From NCBI GenBank assembly GCA_963836445.1, contig CAWIJM010000031.1, positions 18,680 to 82,679 on the forward strand: a DNA stretch of 64,000 bases. Direction: 5' to 3'. Positions 1 through 11,184 of the stretch are shown here, one piece after another (the stretch's first letter is position 1; each line of letters begins with the position of its first letter). A model generated the notes under the pieces. The model was not told the origin of the DNA. It did not search any database and saw only the letters and a list, made by a program, of their open reading frames with translations. This DNA comes from an uncultured Actinomycetes bacterium (GTDB lineage: Bacteria; Actinomycetota; Acidimicrobiia; IMCC26256; JACDBD01). The translations under genes and the position numbers were made by a program.

Positions 1-189
1 GGACGGCGCCGCCGTCGACACGGACGCCCCCGCCCCGAGGCGCTCGTAGAACTCGGCCGCCGTGATGTCGACGCCTTCCTGGTACGGGTGGTCGTCGAGG
101 ACGACGGTCAGCGGCACGACGCCGACCTGGTACAGGTCACGGAGGTCCGCTGGTAGCTGAGCGTTCGAGTCGGTGACGAGCCCGATCAA
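1..189 (-). CDS. DegV family fatty-acid-binding protein, 5' part (runs off window)
   Basis: Manual translation from TTG at 189: MIGLVTDSNAQLPADLRDLYQVGVVPLTVVLDDHPYQEGVDITAAEFYERL...STAAPS, a typical DegV N-terminus; not in the ORF track. Confidence 0.85.
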   Translation of the reverse strand, partial: MIGLVTDSNAQLPADLRDLYQVGVVPLTVVLDDHPYQEGVDITAAEFYERLGAGASVSTAAPS

Positions 190-440
190 CGCGCCTCCCC
201 CGCCGTCGCGGCGGCGACGCTCCTGGCCGCGGCGCCGACCTTGTAGAGGAGTCCCGTCCGGCTTGCTGCACTCATCGTGAGCCGTTGTAGCAGAAGGGAT
301 TCGAACGTCTCGTCAGGTGCGCTCTGACCCCTCTGGCGAACACGGCCGAGCTGAATCGATGAGTCTCGGCACCGAGAGTCGTCTCAGCTGACAGGCTCCC
401 CAGGGAGGCGAGCGCTCGAGACGAGACAGCGGAGGACACC

Positions 441-1266
441 ATGACGACCACGCCCGGCAACGCGAGCAGCAACCTCCCCGGCAAGCCGCCCGTCGTCGAC
501 CTGGCCACCTGGCAGGCGGCGCGCGAGGAGCTGCTGGTCCGCGAGAAGGCGCACACCCGTGAGGGCGACGCGATCGCCGCGGCCCGGCGGCGGCTGCCGA
601 TGGTCGAGTTCGACGGCGCGGTCGAGGTCACCGGCGTTGACGGGCCGGTCCCGTTCGTCGACCTGTTCCAGGGTCGCGACGAGCTCGTGGTCTACCAGCA
701 GATGTGGTACGACGGCGCGCCGCACCAGGGGCAGTGCGAGGGCTGCACCTTCAACGTCTGGCACATGAAGCACGCCGAGGACGCCGTCTACCTCAACGCC
801 CGCGGCGTCTCGTTCGCCATCCTGACCTCGGGCCCGTGGGACGAGGTGGCTCCCTTCGTCGAGTTCATGGGGTACACCCAGCCCTGGTACTCGGTGCGGG
901 GCCTGGAGCCGCCGATCGGCGGGCAGATGGGGCACATCGTCTGTTACCTGCGCGACGGCGACCGCGTGTTCCTCACCTACTCCACGACCGGCCGGGGCAA
1001 CGAGCCGCTCGACGGGTCTCTCGGCCTGCTCGACATGACGCCCTACGGCCGCCGCGAGGCGTGGGAGGACAACCCCGAGGGCTGGCCCGAGGCCCCTGAT
1101 GCCGGTTCGCCGGTCGGTGGGCATGGTGCGCCGATCTGCTGGTACTGGCGCACGGACGCCGACGGCGTCGCCACCTGGGGCCCGACCGGCCGGCCCGTGC
1201 CGCAGTGGACCCGCCCCGGCGCGACCCCCGTGGAGACCCTCGGCCGCGCACGGCGACCCCCACTGA
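441..1266 (+). CDS. DUF899 family thioredoxin-like protein
   Basis: WQAAREELLVREKAHTREGDAIAAARRRLPMVE and CEGCT motifs; SD GGAGG upstream; true stop probably TGA 1264-1266 after a 1-nt indel (ORF track reads through). Confidence 0.85.
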
Positions 1267-1354
1267 CGCGGGGTTCCGTCGGGCTGAACGGGGGCCCGCC
1301 CCCGGGCACCCCAAGCACGGTGTCGACGCGAACGCTTTCGGAACGCTCACGGAA

Positions 1355-1966
1355 TCAGCGTGCGGGCATCCCTCTTGACGCGGCGCGGAATTTGTACAGG
1401 ATCATCGTCGAGCCGATCAGCGCGAACAGGAGCAACCCGATCGAGGGATCCGGGCCCCACAGGTTCGGGAGATCGGCCGCCCACCAGATCGCGGCCGACG
1501 CGATCCAGATGATGCACGCGACCTGGGTGCCGAGCTCTGCACGACGGGACTTGAGCGCGCTGGCGCCCGCCACGACCATGTCGATCGGAAAGTACGCCGG
1601 GAACACGGCGAGGCACGCGCCGGCCGACGTCGCCACGCCCTTTCCACCGCGAAAGCCGCTCCACACGGGGAAGATGTGGCCGGCGATGGCCGCGGTGGCG
1701 GCGGCGTACGCGCCCGGGTCGCCGGCGATCAGAAGTCCGAGCAGGCCCGCCGCCAAGCCCTTCGCGATGTCGGCGGCCAGCACGACGAGCCCCCAGCGTG
1801 TCCCGAGCGTCTTGATCGCGTTGATGGCGCCGGGATTGCCGCTCCCGGCTTCGCGGAGGTTGATCTCCCCGCGGGTTGCGAGCCAGGCGACGACTCCTGC
1901 CGACGGGATCGTCCCCAGGAGGTAGCCGACCACCGCCGCGAGCACGGCGAGGAGGACGTCCGGCAC
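1355..1966 (-). CDS. plsY: Glycerol-3-phosphate acyltransferase PlsY
   Basis: GSGNPGAIN, DIAKG and GHIFPVWSGFRGGKGVATSAG motifs; TAATCT -10 box 6 nt before GTG (leaderless). Confidence 0.9.
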   Translation of the reverse strand: MPDVLLAVLAAVVGYLLGTIPSAGVVAWLATRGEINLREAGSGNPGAINAIKTLGTRWGLVVLAADIAKGLAAGLLGLLIAGDPGAYAAATAAIAGHIFPVWSGFRGGKGVATSAGACLAVFPAYFPIDMVVAGASALKSRRAELGTQVACIIWIASAAIWWAADLPNLWGPDPSIGLLLFALIGSTMILYKFRAASRGMPAR

Positions 1967-2184
1967 GGGTTGAGATTACGCACGGGAGGTCTCCCGAGCC
2001 GCGAGCGCACAACCTGCGTTCACCGCGGGTCGGAGAAAATCGTGCCGGATGTCTCGGCTCATATGATGGCAACTCTGGCCACACAGCTGGACAGAAGAAT
2101 CAGGTCTACCCATACTGAACACGCGCGTGTACATCCGAGCGTGCCGTCGCGCACGCGACGTTCTTGCGCGTTGTGGCGGATCGT

Positions 2185-2553
2185 ATGGAGGTGATCACCG
2201 CGACACCCAAGTGGCGGGACTTGGCTCCGATGATCCCCCGACAGCGTCTCGTCGTGGAGGGAACGTGCCGTGATCCGATCACGGACGAGCGCATAACGAG
2301 CTATCTGTCCGGTCTCTCCTCAGTGTGTGGCATGACACCGCTGATGGAGCCGGCCACGCACCTTTCGGACACGCACGGCTGGGCCGGTTGGATTCACTGG
2401 GAGAACTCCGGCGCCCACTTCTATGCATGGGAGGAACCAATGTTGTTCTTTAGCGTCGACATCTACACCTGCAAGCGGTTCGATGCCGCTGCAGCGACGA
2501 AGTTCACCCGCGACTACCTCGACGCGGTCGAGGTCGTCGCGAAGGAGTTTTGA
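2185..2553 (+). CDS. Divergent S-adenosylmethionine decarboxylase (pyruvoyl) family protein
   Basis: GWAGWIHWENSGAHFYAW...SVDIYTCK aligns with the prokaryotic AdoMetDC pattern GxSGxxxxxESHxxxHTW...xDxFTC. Confidence 0.7.
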   Translation: MEVITATPKWRDLAPMIPRQRLVVEGTCRDPITDERITSYLSGLSSVCGMTPLMEPATHLSDTHGWAGWIHWENSGAHFYAWEEPMLFFSVDIYTCKRFDAAAATKFTRDYLDAVEVVAKEF

Positions 2554-2555
2554 TC

Positions 2556-3359
2556 ATGAGCGCGGTGTCGGTCGCACTCGACCGGGAGGGGCTCCGGGAG
2601 CTCGGCGGTAGGGTTGTCGCGGCAGCGGGACAACCGTCAGAACCGTTCGGCGTGTACGCGTTTGCATCGGACGTGCCCGAGTCCGAGCTCGCCCGCCACG
2701 TCGAGCGGGAAGTGTTCTACGAGTTCTTCAACAACACACCCGAGCTCCTCGAAGCAGAGTACGGCCCGTACGAGGCCTCGACGATCTTCGTGTGCATGAT
2801 GGATCATCGACGGCGACTGCCGGCCGGTGTGATCCGGCTCGTGCTCCCCTCGCCCGCGGGCCTGAAGAGCCTCGGCGATGTCGAGCCCGTTTGGGGTCAC
2901 CGCATCGACGATGTTCTCGCGCGTATGAGTCTCCGTCTCGAGGCCGACAGGGCGTGGGACATCGCCACCCTCGCGGTCGACTCGGAGTACCGAGGTCGGG
3001 CGACGGATGGTCTCGTCAGCCTCGGTCTGTACCAGGGAGTGGCTCAGCTCGCGCTGCGATGCCACGTCAAGTGGGTGGTGACGATTCTCGACCTCGTGGT
3101 ACTGAACCTCCTGCAGGGGGCGATTGCCGAGCCGTTCGAACGCTTCGCCGGTCTCGAGCCCCTTCCGTACCTCGATTCGCCCGCGAGCCTGCCGGTGTAC
3201 TGCGACCTCGACGCGTACTTCGCGCGGCTCGAGACCGCGGACCCGTCGATGTACGAGATCCTGTTCGACGGACGGGGCCTCGAGGCGGCGGTCCGGCCAC
3301 TGGACTTGGAGCCCGTGCTCGAGCACCTGCACCCCGGGGGCCACGCGCACACCGCCTGA
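2556..3359 (+). CDS. GNAT-fold acyltransferase, N-acyl amino acid synthase (FeeM)/LuxI-like
   Basis: ARHVEREVF, PAGVIRLV and WDIATLAVDSEYRG segments; SD AAGGAG at 2542-2547; 2 nt after the upstream stop. Confidence 0.6.
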   Translation: MSAVSVALDREGLRELGGRVVAAAGQPSEPFGVYAFASDVPESELARHVEREVFYEFFNNTPELLEAEYGPYEASTIFVCMMDHRRRLPAGVIRLVLPSPAGLKSLGDVEPVWGHRIDDVLARMSLRLEADRAWDIATLAVDSEYRGRATDGLVSLGLYQGVAQLALRCHVKWVVTILDLVVLNLLQGAIAEPFERFAGLEPLPYLDSPASLPVYCDLDAYFARLETADPSMYEILFDGRGLEAAVRPLDLEPVLEHLHPGGHAHTA

Positions 3360-3376
3360 GCGTCCGACGGACACGC

Positions 3377-5712
3377 TCAGGCAAGCTTGATATCCGGCAC
3401 GACCTTGAGGTGTGAGCGGCGGGCGACGCCGAACTGGTCGACGACCGCGGGGACGGACGCCGTCGGGACCGGGCGCGAATAGAAGTTGCCCTGGGCGACG
3501 TTGCAGCCGAGCTCGTGAAGACGTCGGCCCTGCGCATACGTCTCGACCCCCTCGGCGACGGTCGACACCTGCAGCGCGCTCGCCATCGCCACGATCGCGG
3601 CGACGAGACTCTCGTCCGAGGTGTCTCGGTGGAGACCCTCGATGAAGGACTGGTCAATCTTCACGCGGTCGACGGGCAAGCGTCGGAGTGACGAGAGCGA
3701 CGAGTATCCGGTGCCGAAGTCGTCGATTGAAAGACCGACGCCCGCCGATCGAAGCTGCTCGAGGAGCTCCGCGGCCGCGGCCGGGTTGTCCATGAGCAAG
3801 CTCTCGGTGAGCTCCAAGCACAGCGACCCGTCGGAGAGTTTCTCGCCCTTCAGCGCGTTCTGCACGCACGGAACGAGCTGCGGGTCGCGCAATTGGCGCA
3901 CGGACAGGTTCACGGCGACGTAGAGGTCGTCGCCGTTCGGGATCTCCTCGCGCCACCAAACCAGCTGGCGACACGCCTCCTCGATCACCCAGGTCCCGAT
4001 CGACACGATGAGCCCGGTGTCCTCGGCGAGCGGAATGAACGACGCCGGCAGAAGCTGGCCCCGGGTGGGGTGCGACCAGCGCAGCAGCGCCTCGAACCCT
4101 TCGACCTTGCCCATCGGGAGCTGCACAAGGGGCTGGTAGAGCAGGTACAGCTCTTCAGACTCCATCGCGTGGCGCAGGTCGCGCTCCAGCTCGACCCGCT
4201 CCGTGGCCGAATCCCGCATCGACGAGTCGAACACGCACACGGCGTCACGACCGGTCTCCTTGGCGCGGTACATGGCCGTATCGGCGTCGCGGATGAGCGC
4301 TTCCGCATCATGCGACGGATCGGTTCCGTCGCTCAGGGACACGCCGATGCTGGCGGACGCGACGACCTCGACGCCGCGAACGTCGAAGGGGATCTGGAAG
4401 CCGAGGCGTGTGCGTTCAGCCACCTCCAGTGCCTTGTTGGTCGTCGGCAGGTTGGCCAGGACGATCACGAACTCGTCGCCGCCGATGCGTGCGACCAGAG
4501 TCGCCGGGCCGTGTCGTCGTGCGGAGCCGCCCGGCCACGGCGAGAAGCAGCTCGTCGCCCAAACTGTGACCGTAACTGTCGTTGATGAGCTTGAAGCGGT
4601 CGACATCGAGGAAGAGGAGCGCGACGAACCCGCGCCCCGGTTTGTGGCGGCGAGCACCGAATTGAGATGGTCCTGCGCGTAGGCGCGGTTCGGAAGGCCA
4701 GTCAGCGCATCATGGGTCGCGGCGTACGTGAGCCGCTCCTCTGAACGTGCATACGCACGCAGGGCGCGGAACATCCGCCACGCCGCGGCGAGGGTTAACG
4801 CCATGATGATGATCCCGAACGCGAAGCGATCGCCGACCTCGGCATCGACCCGGATCACCGTGATCAGCGCCGGAAACGCCAGCGCAACCGCGACGAATGC
4901 AAGCCTTCCCTTTGTCGGAGCAAATTCGTCCGCGGGGAGTGGATCCGTGAGCTCGCGCATCGACGGGTGGAGCACCGCCCCGATGAACAAGACACTCGCC
5001 AGCGCGTAGGGCACGTCGAACACGTTCTGGGGCAGCGTGAGCACGTGCGTCTCGAGGAGCATGTAGACGACGTCGCCGATGAGCATTGCCGTCCCCGCGC
5101 CGAGGAGCAGGCCGTACGACAACGGGCGACGCTTGCCGGTGTTGAACGCGAGCCGCGCAATCATCGCGACGATGAACACCGAGAGTGGCGGATAGCACGA
5201 GAGAAGGAACCGCACGGTCAGCGGCGCTTGCTCGTGGAACAGCGTGGGGTTGATGAGGAAGATCCACGCGAGTGCCATCGCCGCGAGCGCGGCGATGACC
5301 CCGTCGAGCATCCCGTCCACGTCGCGGGCTCCCCGGCGACGGACGTTCGCCAGACCGAGGACGCCGATGCCGAGGATCACGTAACCCGTCAGTGTGATGA
5401 GATCCGGCACCGGCGACCGATCCGAGGAGAGATCGCCGAGGGTGCCAAACGCCTCGCGGACACCGCCGCCCACGAGGAACACGACCAGCGCGACGGCGAT
5501 GATCATCCACGGCCAGCGCGCGGCGGGCCGATTGCGCCGAAGACCGACAACAGTGGCGACGACCGCCCCGCGCCGAGAATCAGGAACGCGGCATCGGTGA
5601 GAGGACCGAGCAACCCCAGCGCGAGCGCCGCGACGCACACGGCCCCGACGCCCATGACGACATAGGCGACGCGCGCGCCCGTTTCGACCCAAGCAACGCC
5701 TTGGCGTTCCAT
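3377..5712 (-). CDS. Membrane-anchored GGDEF-EAL diguanylate cyclase/phosphodiesterase (frameshifted)
   Basis: Multiple TM helices, HDALTGLPNR, RIGGDEF, FEALLRW, DDFGTGYSS. Confidence 0.9.
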
Positions 5713-5909
5713 CTGCCCCTTCGCGCGATGTCCGCGGACTCGCGCGCCTCCGCCTTCTAGTTCCCCGGACGTCCCGAATGAGTCAAGATCGGCCCACTCG
5801 GGCGACGTCATCCTGTTCGCGTCTACGCGGACAGTCAAACGGACGACTTGACTACCACACGGGTCGGCAGGAAGGTCGTCGCCCGGTCGACAACGCGCCC
5901 GCGAAGGCG

Positions 5910-6938
5910 TCAACCGCCGGACGCGTCCTGGGGTCGCGTGCGGCCGGCGCCGATCCACGGCATCATCGCCCGCAGACGCTCGCCGACCTCTTCGATCGGG
6001 TGCTCGGCCGACTTCTTGCGCAGCGCGTTGAAGACGGGACGGCCGGCCTGGTTCTCGAGGATCCACTCGTTGGCGAAGCGCCCGGACTGGATGTCGTCGA
6101 GGATGCGGCGCATCTCGACGCGCGTCTCGTCGGTGATGATCCTCGGGCCCCGGGTCATGTCGCCATACTCGGCGGTGTCGGAGATCGAGTAGCGCATGTT
6201 CGTGATCCCGCCCTCGTAGATGAGGTCGACGATCAGCTTCACCTCGTGCAGCGTCTCGAAGTAGGCCGACTCGGGCTGGTAGCCGGCCACGACGAGCGTC
6301 TCGTAGCTCCCCTTGATGAGCTCGGTGAGCCCCCCGCAGAGGACGACCTGCTCGCCGAACAGGTCCGTCTCGGTCTCCTCCTCGAACGTCGTATCGAGCA
6401 CGCCGGCGCGGGTGGCGCCGATCGCGCGGGCGTACGCGAGCGCGGTCTGCTTCGCCTTGCCGGTCTCGTCGGCTTGCACGGCGACGAGCGACGGGACGCC
6501 CCCGCCTTCCTCGAAGGTGCGCCGGACGAGGTGGCCCGGTCCCTTCGGGGCGATCATCCACACGTCGACACCCGCGGGCGGGCGGATCTGACCGAAGTGG
6601 ATGTTGAACCCGTGCGCGAACGCGAGTGAATCGCGGTCGTCGAGGTTGGGCTCGATGTCGCGCTCGTAGATCGCGGCCTGCTCGGTGTCGGGGAGGAGTA
6701 CCATGATCACGTCGGCTTCCTTGCAGGCCTGCGCGATCGTGGTGACCGTCAGCCCGGCGTCCTCGGCCTTGGCCCACGACGACGACCCGTCGCGCAGGCC
6801 GACGCGCACGTCGACGCCCGACTCCTTCAGGTTCAGGGCGTGGGCGTGGCCCTGCGACCCGTAGCCGAGCACCGCGACCTTGCGTCCTTCGAGCAGCGCA
6901 GGGTCGGCGTCGTCGTCGTAGTAGATGGTCGCGGGCAT
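5910..6938 (-). CDS. ilvC: Ketol-acid reductoisomerase
   Basis: [36 protein letters not shown]. Confidence 0.97.
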   Translation of the reverse strand: MPATIYYDDDADPALLEGRKVAVLGYGSQGHAHALNLKESGVDVRVGLRDGSSSWAKAEDAGLTVTTIAQACKEADVIMVLLPDTEQAAIYERDIEPNLDDRDSLAFAHGFNIHFGQIRPPAGVDVWMIAPKGPGHLVRRTFEEGGGVPSLVAVQADETGKAKQTALAYARAIGATRAGVLDTTFEEETETDLFGEQVVLCGGLTELIKGSYETLVVAGYQPESAYFETLHEVKLIVDLIYEGGITNMRYSISDTAEYGDMTRGPRIITDETRVEMRRILDDIQSGRFANEWILENQAGRPVFNALRKKSAEHPIEEVGERLRAMMPWIGAGRTRPQDASGG

Positions 6939-6966
6939 CAATCCCTCCCTCTCGAGCGACGCGAGG

Positions 6967-7503
6967 CTACGCGCCGCGGTCCTTGACCGCCCGGAGCTTC
7001 GTGGTCTGGCGAGCCAGCTTGGACAGGGCGATCCGACCCGTCCGCTGCGACTCGACGATCCCGAATGGCGCCAGCAGGTCGCTGATGGCGTCGAGCTTCT
7101 CGGGCGTGCCGGCGACCATGAGCGTCATCGCCTCGTAGCCGACGTCGACGATCTTCGCCTCGAAGATCGCAGCGAGCTCGGTGACCTGCGAACGGGTCTC
7201 GGCACCGGCCTTCACCGTCGCCAGCATGAGCTCCCGCTCGACGGCCTCGTCCGGTGACAGCTCGGTGATCTTGATCACCGGGATGACCTTGTTGAGCTGC
7301 TTCGTGATCTGCTCGAGCGGCGCCGACTCGGCGTCGACGACGACGGTCATGCGGCTGAGCCGCTCGTCCTCGGTCGGGCTGACTGCGAGCGAGAAGATGT
7401 TGTAGCCCCGTCTTGAGAACAGCCCCACGACCCGCGAGAGCACGCCGAACTTGTTCTCGACGAGCACCGAGAGGATGTGATGTTGCGCGGCACCGTTCGG
7501 CAT
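6967..7503 (-). CDS. ilvN: Acetolactate synthase small subunit
   Basis: ACT domain [29 protein letters not shown]; between ilvB and ilvC. Confidence 0.95.
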   Translation of the reverse strand: MPNGAAQHHILSVLVENKFGVLSRVVGLFSRRGYNIFSLAVSPTEDERLSRMTVVVDAESAPLEQITKQLNKVIPVIKITELSPDEAVERELMLATVKAGAETRSQVTELAAIFEAKIVDVGYEAMTLMVAGTPEKLDAISDLLAPFGIVESQRTGRIALSKLARQTTKLRAVKDRGA

Positions 7504-7513
7504 CGTGATCTCC

Positions 7514-9239
7514 TTACCGCCCGACCGATTTGTCGTGGGCGGGGTCGAGGATGATGTCGTCGTTCGACCCGCCGGCCGGCACCATCGGATACACCTTCTC
7601 GCGGTAGTCGACCTGGAAGTCGACCACGACGGGACGGTCGTCGATCTGGTTCGCCTTCTCGATCGTCGGCACGACGTCGTCGGGGGTTTCGACCTTGAAG
7701 CCCACGCAGCCCATGGCCTCGGCCCACTTGGCGTAGTCGGGCAGGTCGGGTGACAGGTACACCTCGCTGTATCGCTCCTCGTAGAAGAGCTCCTGCCACT
7801 GACGGACCATGCCGAGGTACGCGTTGTTGAGGATCGCGACCTTCACGGGGATGCGCTCCGCCGACGCCGTGACGAGCTCCTGCGCCGTCATCTGGAAGCA
7901 GCCGTCACCGTCGATCGCCCACACCATGCGGTCGGGCTTGCCGACCTTGGCGCCGATCGACGCCGGGACGGCGAACCCCATCGTTCCGAGGCCGCCCGAG
8001 TTCACCCACGTGTTCGGGTGGTTGAACTTCCACCGCTGGCTCGACCACATTTGGTGCTGGCCGACCCCCGACACGACGATCGTGTCGTCGGGGCTGTGGT
8101 CGCGCAGCATGTCGATGCAGTACTGCGGCTTCAACGGGCCGTCCTCCAGCTGCTCGTAGTGGAGCGGGAAGCGCTCCTGCCACTCGCGCAGCTGCATCCA
8201 CCACGGCGTGAGGTCGGGCCAGTCCCGCTTCTGCTGGTTGGACTGCACCGCCTTCACGAGCTCCTCGATGACGAGACGGCAGTCGCCGACGATCGGGACG
8301 TCGGGCCGGCGAACCTTGCCCAGCTCGGCGGGGTCGATGTCGACGTGGATCACCTTGGCGCCGGGCGCGAACGCATCCACCTTTCCCGTGACGCGGTCGT
8401 CGAAGCGCGAGCCCAACGCGATCAGCAGGTCGCACTTCTGCATCGACGTGACCGCGGTGTAGTTGCCGTGCATGCCGGGCATGCCCAGACATTGCGGGTG
8501 GTCGTCGGGGAACGACCCGCGCGCCATGAGCGTGGTCACCACCGGCGTGCCGGTGGCCTCGGCCAGTGCCTTGAGCGCATCCGAGGCGCGGGCCTTGAGG
8601 ATCCCTCCGCCGGCGTAGATCACCGGCCGGTGCGCCTCGCCCCACAGCCGGGCCGCGTCCTTGATCTGCTTCGGATGGCCCTTGACGTTCGGCTTGTAGC
8701 CGGGAAGGTCGACGGACTCGGGCCAGTACCAGTCCATCATCTGGTTGGCGATGTCCTTGGGGACGTCGACGAGCACGGGGCCGGGACGGCCCGTCGTCGC
8801 CACGTGGAACGCTTCGCGCACGTAGCGGGGAATGTCCTGCGGGTCGGTGACGAGCCAGTTGTGCTTCGTGACCGGCATCGTGATGCCGACGGTGTCGGCC
8901 TCCTGGAACGCGTCGCTGCCGATCACCGCGTAGGGCACCTGCCCGGTGATGACCACGATCGGGACGGAGTCCATGTAGGCGTCGCACAGGGCGGTGACGA
9001 TGTTGGTGGCGGCCGGGCCGCTCGTGACCATCGCCACGCCGGGCCGACCGGTCAGCGTGCGCGAATCCCTCGGCCATGTGGCCTGCGCCCTGCTCGTGGC
9101 GGACGAGGATGTGGCGGATCGAGGAGTCGATCAGCGGGTCGTACACGGGCAGGATCGCCCCGCCCGGCAACCCGAACATGACCTCGGTGCCCTCCATCTC
9201 GAGGCTCTTGATGAGGGCCTGGGCTCCAGTGAGTTTCAT
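7514..9239 (-). CDS. ilvB: Acetolactate synthase large subunit (frameshift near 9060)
   Basis: [36 protein letters not shown] motif. Confidence 0.95.
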
Positions 9240-9336
9240 GCCCGTTCCTTATGGGTGGTGGATGGGGGTGCGGGAGGGGTGGGCTCGGCAGGGCTTCATC
9301 TCTGTTCCTTCATGTGCGCATCAGTCTCGGGATATG

Positions 9337-9362
9337 AAAAGCCCCCCGCTTGTGCGAGGGGC
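9337..9362 (-). terminator. Intrinsic terminator of the ilvB attenuator
   Basis: Minus strand GCCCCTCGC-ACAA-GCGGGGGGC-TTTT, ~100 nt upstream of the ilvB ATG. Confidence 0.8.
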
Positions 9363-9394
9363 GAAGGCGCGCAGCGCGGTGGGGCGGCTGCGCG

Positions 9395-9430
9395 CTAGGT
9401 AACAACTACGAGGAGGCTCTGGCGGTCCAT
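9395..9430 (-). promoter_or_regulatory. ilvB attenuator leader peptide MDRQSLLVVVT
   Basis: 11-codon ORF with a run of Leu-Leu-Val-Val-Val codons, followed by a GC hairpin and the terminator. Confidence 0.8.
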
Positions 9431-9474
9431 CAGGGCAACAGTGTGGACGATTGTGAACCGGTGCGCAAGCCGGT

Positions 9475-11174
9475 TCACCCGGAAGCCATCCCGCGGGGCT
9501 GCCTTCGAGGTACTGGTGGACCTGCTGGATGACCACCGAGCCCTCGCCGACCGCGGACGCCACCCGCTTGACCGATTGCGCGCGCACGTCTCCCACCGCG
9601 AACACGCCCGGCACGCTCGTCTCGAACACCAACGGTGGGCGCTCGAGCTCCCACCCGGTCGCAGCACGTTCGTCTGCCACCGGCGGGCCCGTGACGACGA
9701 AGCCCGGCGCGTCGCGGGCGACGTCCGACGGGAGCCATTCGGTGTGCGGCCGGGCGCCGATGAGGAGGAAGAGCGCGTCGGCGGGCACCGAAATCGTGGT
9801 GCCGGCGGACCGCAACGTGAGCTGCTCGAGGCGACCTTCCCCCGCGCCGTCGACGACTTCAGTCGAGACCCGGACGTCGATGCACGGGACGGCGTCGATC
9901 TCGTCCCGCAGGTACCGCGACATGCTCGAGGCGAGCGTGGCGGACCGCACGACCAGGGTGACGCGCTTCGCGTACCGGCTCAGATGGACGGCGGCCTGCC
10001 CGGCCGAATTCCCGCCGCCGACCACGTACACCTGACCTCCCGTGAACCGCTGCGCCTCGGACGGCGACGAGCCGTAGAACACACCGCTGCCGGTGAGGCG
10101 CTCCAGAGCGGGGATGTCGAGGCGCCGGTAGGTGACGCCCATGGCGAGGATCACACTGCGGGCGCGGACCTCGCTGCCGTCGGAGATGGTGAGCACGCGA
10201 TCGTCACCATCGGTGCGCAAGCCGGTCACGTCGCGCATCAACAAGAACGTGGTCCCGAACACCCACGCCTGCTGGTAGGCACGCTGGGCGAGCTCGGCGC
10301 CGCTCACACCTCTTGCGAACCCGAGGTAGTTGCGGATCCGGGAGCTCGACCCGGCCTGACCCCCGATCGACTCGCGCTCGACGACCAAGGCGCGCAACCC
10401 CTCCGACGACGCGTACACCGCCGCTGCGAGCCCCGCAGGACCCGCGCCGACGATGACGACGTCGAATTCTCGCGTGCCTTCGAGCTCCGTCGTTGCGCCG
10501 TAGCCGCGCGCGAGCTCCGCGTTCGTCGGATCGACGAAGGTGCGGCCGTCGAGCATCACCACGACGGGCTTCGTCGTTCCTACTTGCCCGGCTTGCCGCA
10601 GCACCGCTTCACCGTCCGGTGAGTTGTTCGGGTGAAACACGTGCGGGACCCCGTTGCGCGTGAGCAGGTTCCGGATCTCGTGCGCTCGAGGCGACCAGGC
10701 GTCGGCGACGACGTTGATCTCCTGCGGTACCGAGGCATCGGCGCGCGACCACTCGTGGAGGAACTCGCTCACGGTGCGGTGGAAGTACTCGTCGGGCGAC
10801 TTCCAGGGCTTCAACGCGTAGTAGTCAATCCGACCAAGCGCCATCGCCTCCCGTATCGCATCGGCAGTGGGCTCGTCGCCCCAGTCCCCCCACCCGACGA
10901 GCAACGCCCGCTTCGCCTGCGGATGCAGGTCGGGAACTCGAGCGAGCAGCTCCGGTCCCGTGAGCTCGGGCATCCACTGGTCGGCGAGCACGAGCGCGAC
11001 GCGATCGCCCGCCTGATGCATCCTCTCCAGCTGCCCGAGAGCCTCGGTCGCGGATGTGCCGAACAGAATCTGGTAGTCGCGGTCGTAGCGCCGCTCCAGC
11101 TCCGCGCCGATGTGCGCGATAGACGACGGGTCGTCGTCGACCGCCACGATCACGGGCCGCGCGTCTCTGGTCAT
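9475..11174 (-). CDS. Response-regulator receiver fused to thioredoxin-reductase-like FAD oxidoreductase
   Basis: N-terminal VAVDDD...LADQWMP receiver; GAGPAG, GGGNSA and FAVGDVR motifs; true stop probably 9475 after an indel. Confidence 0.85.
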
Positions 11175-11184
11175 CCAGGACCGC

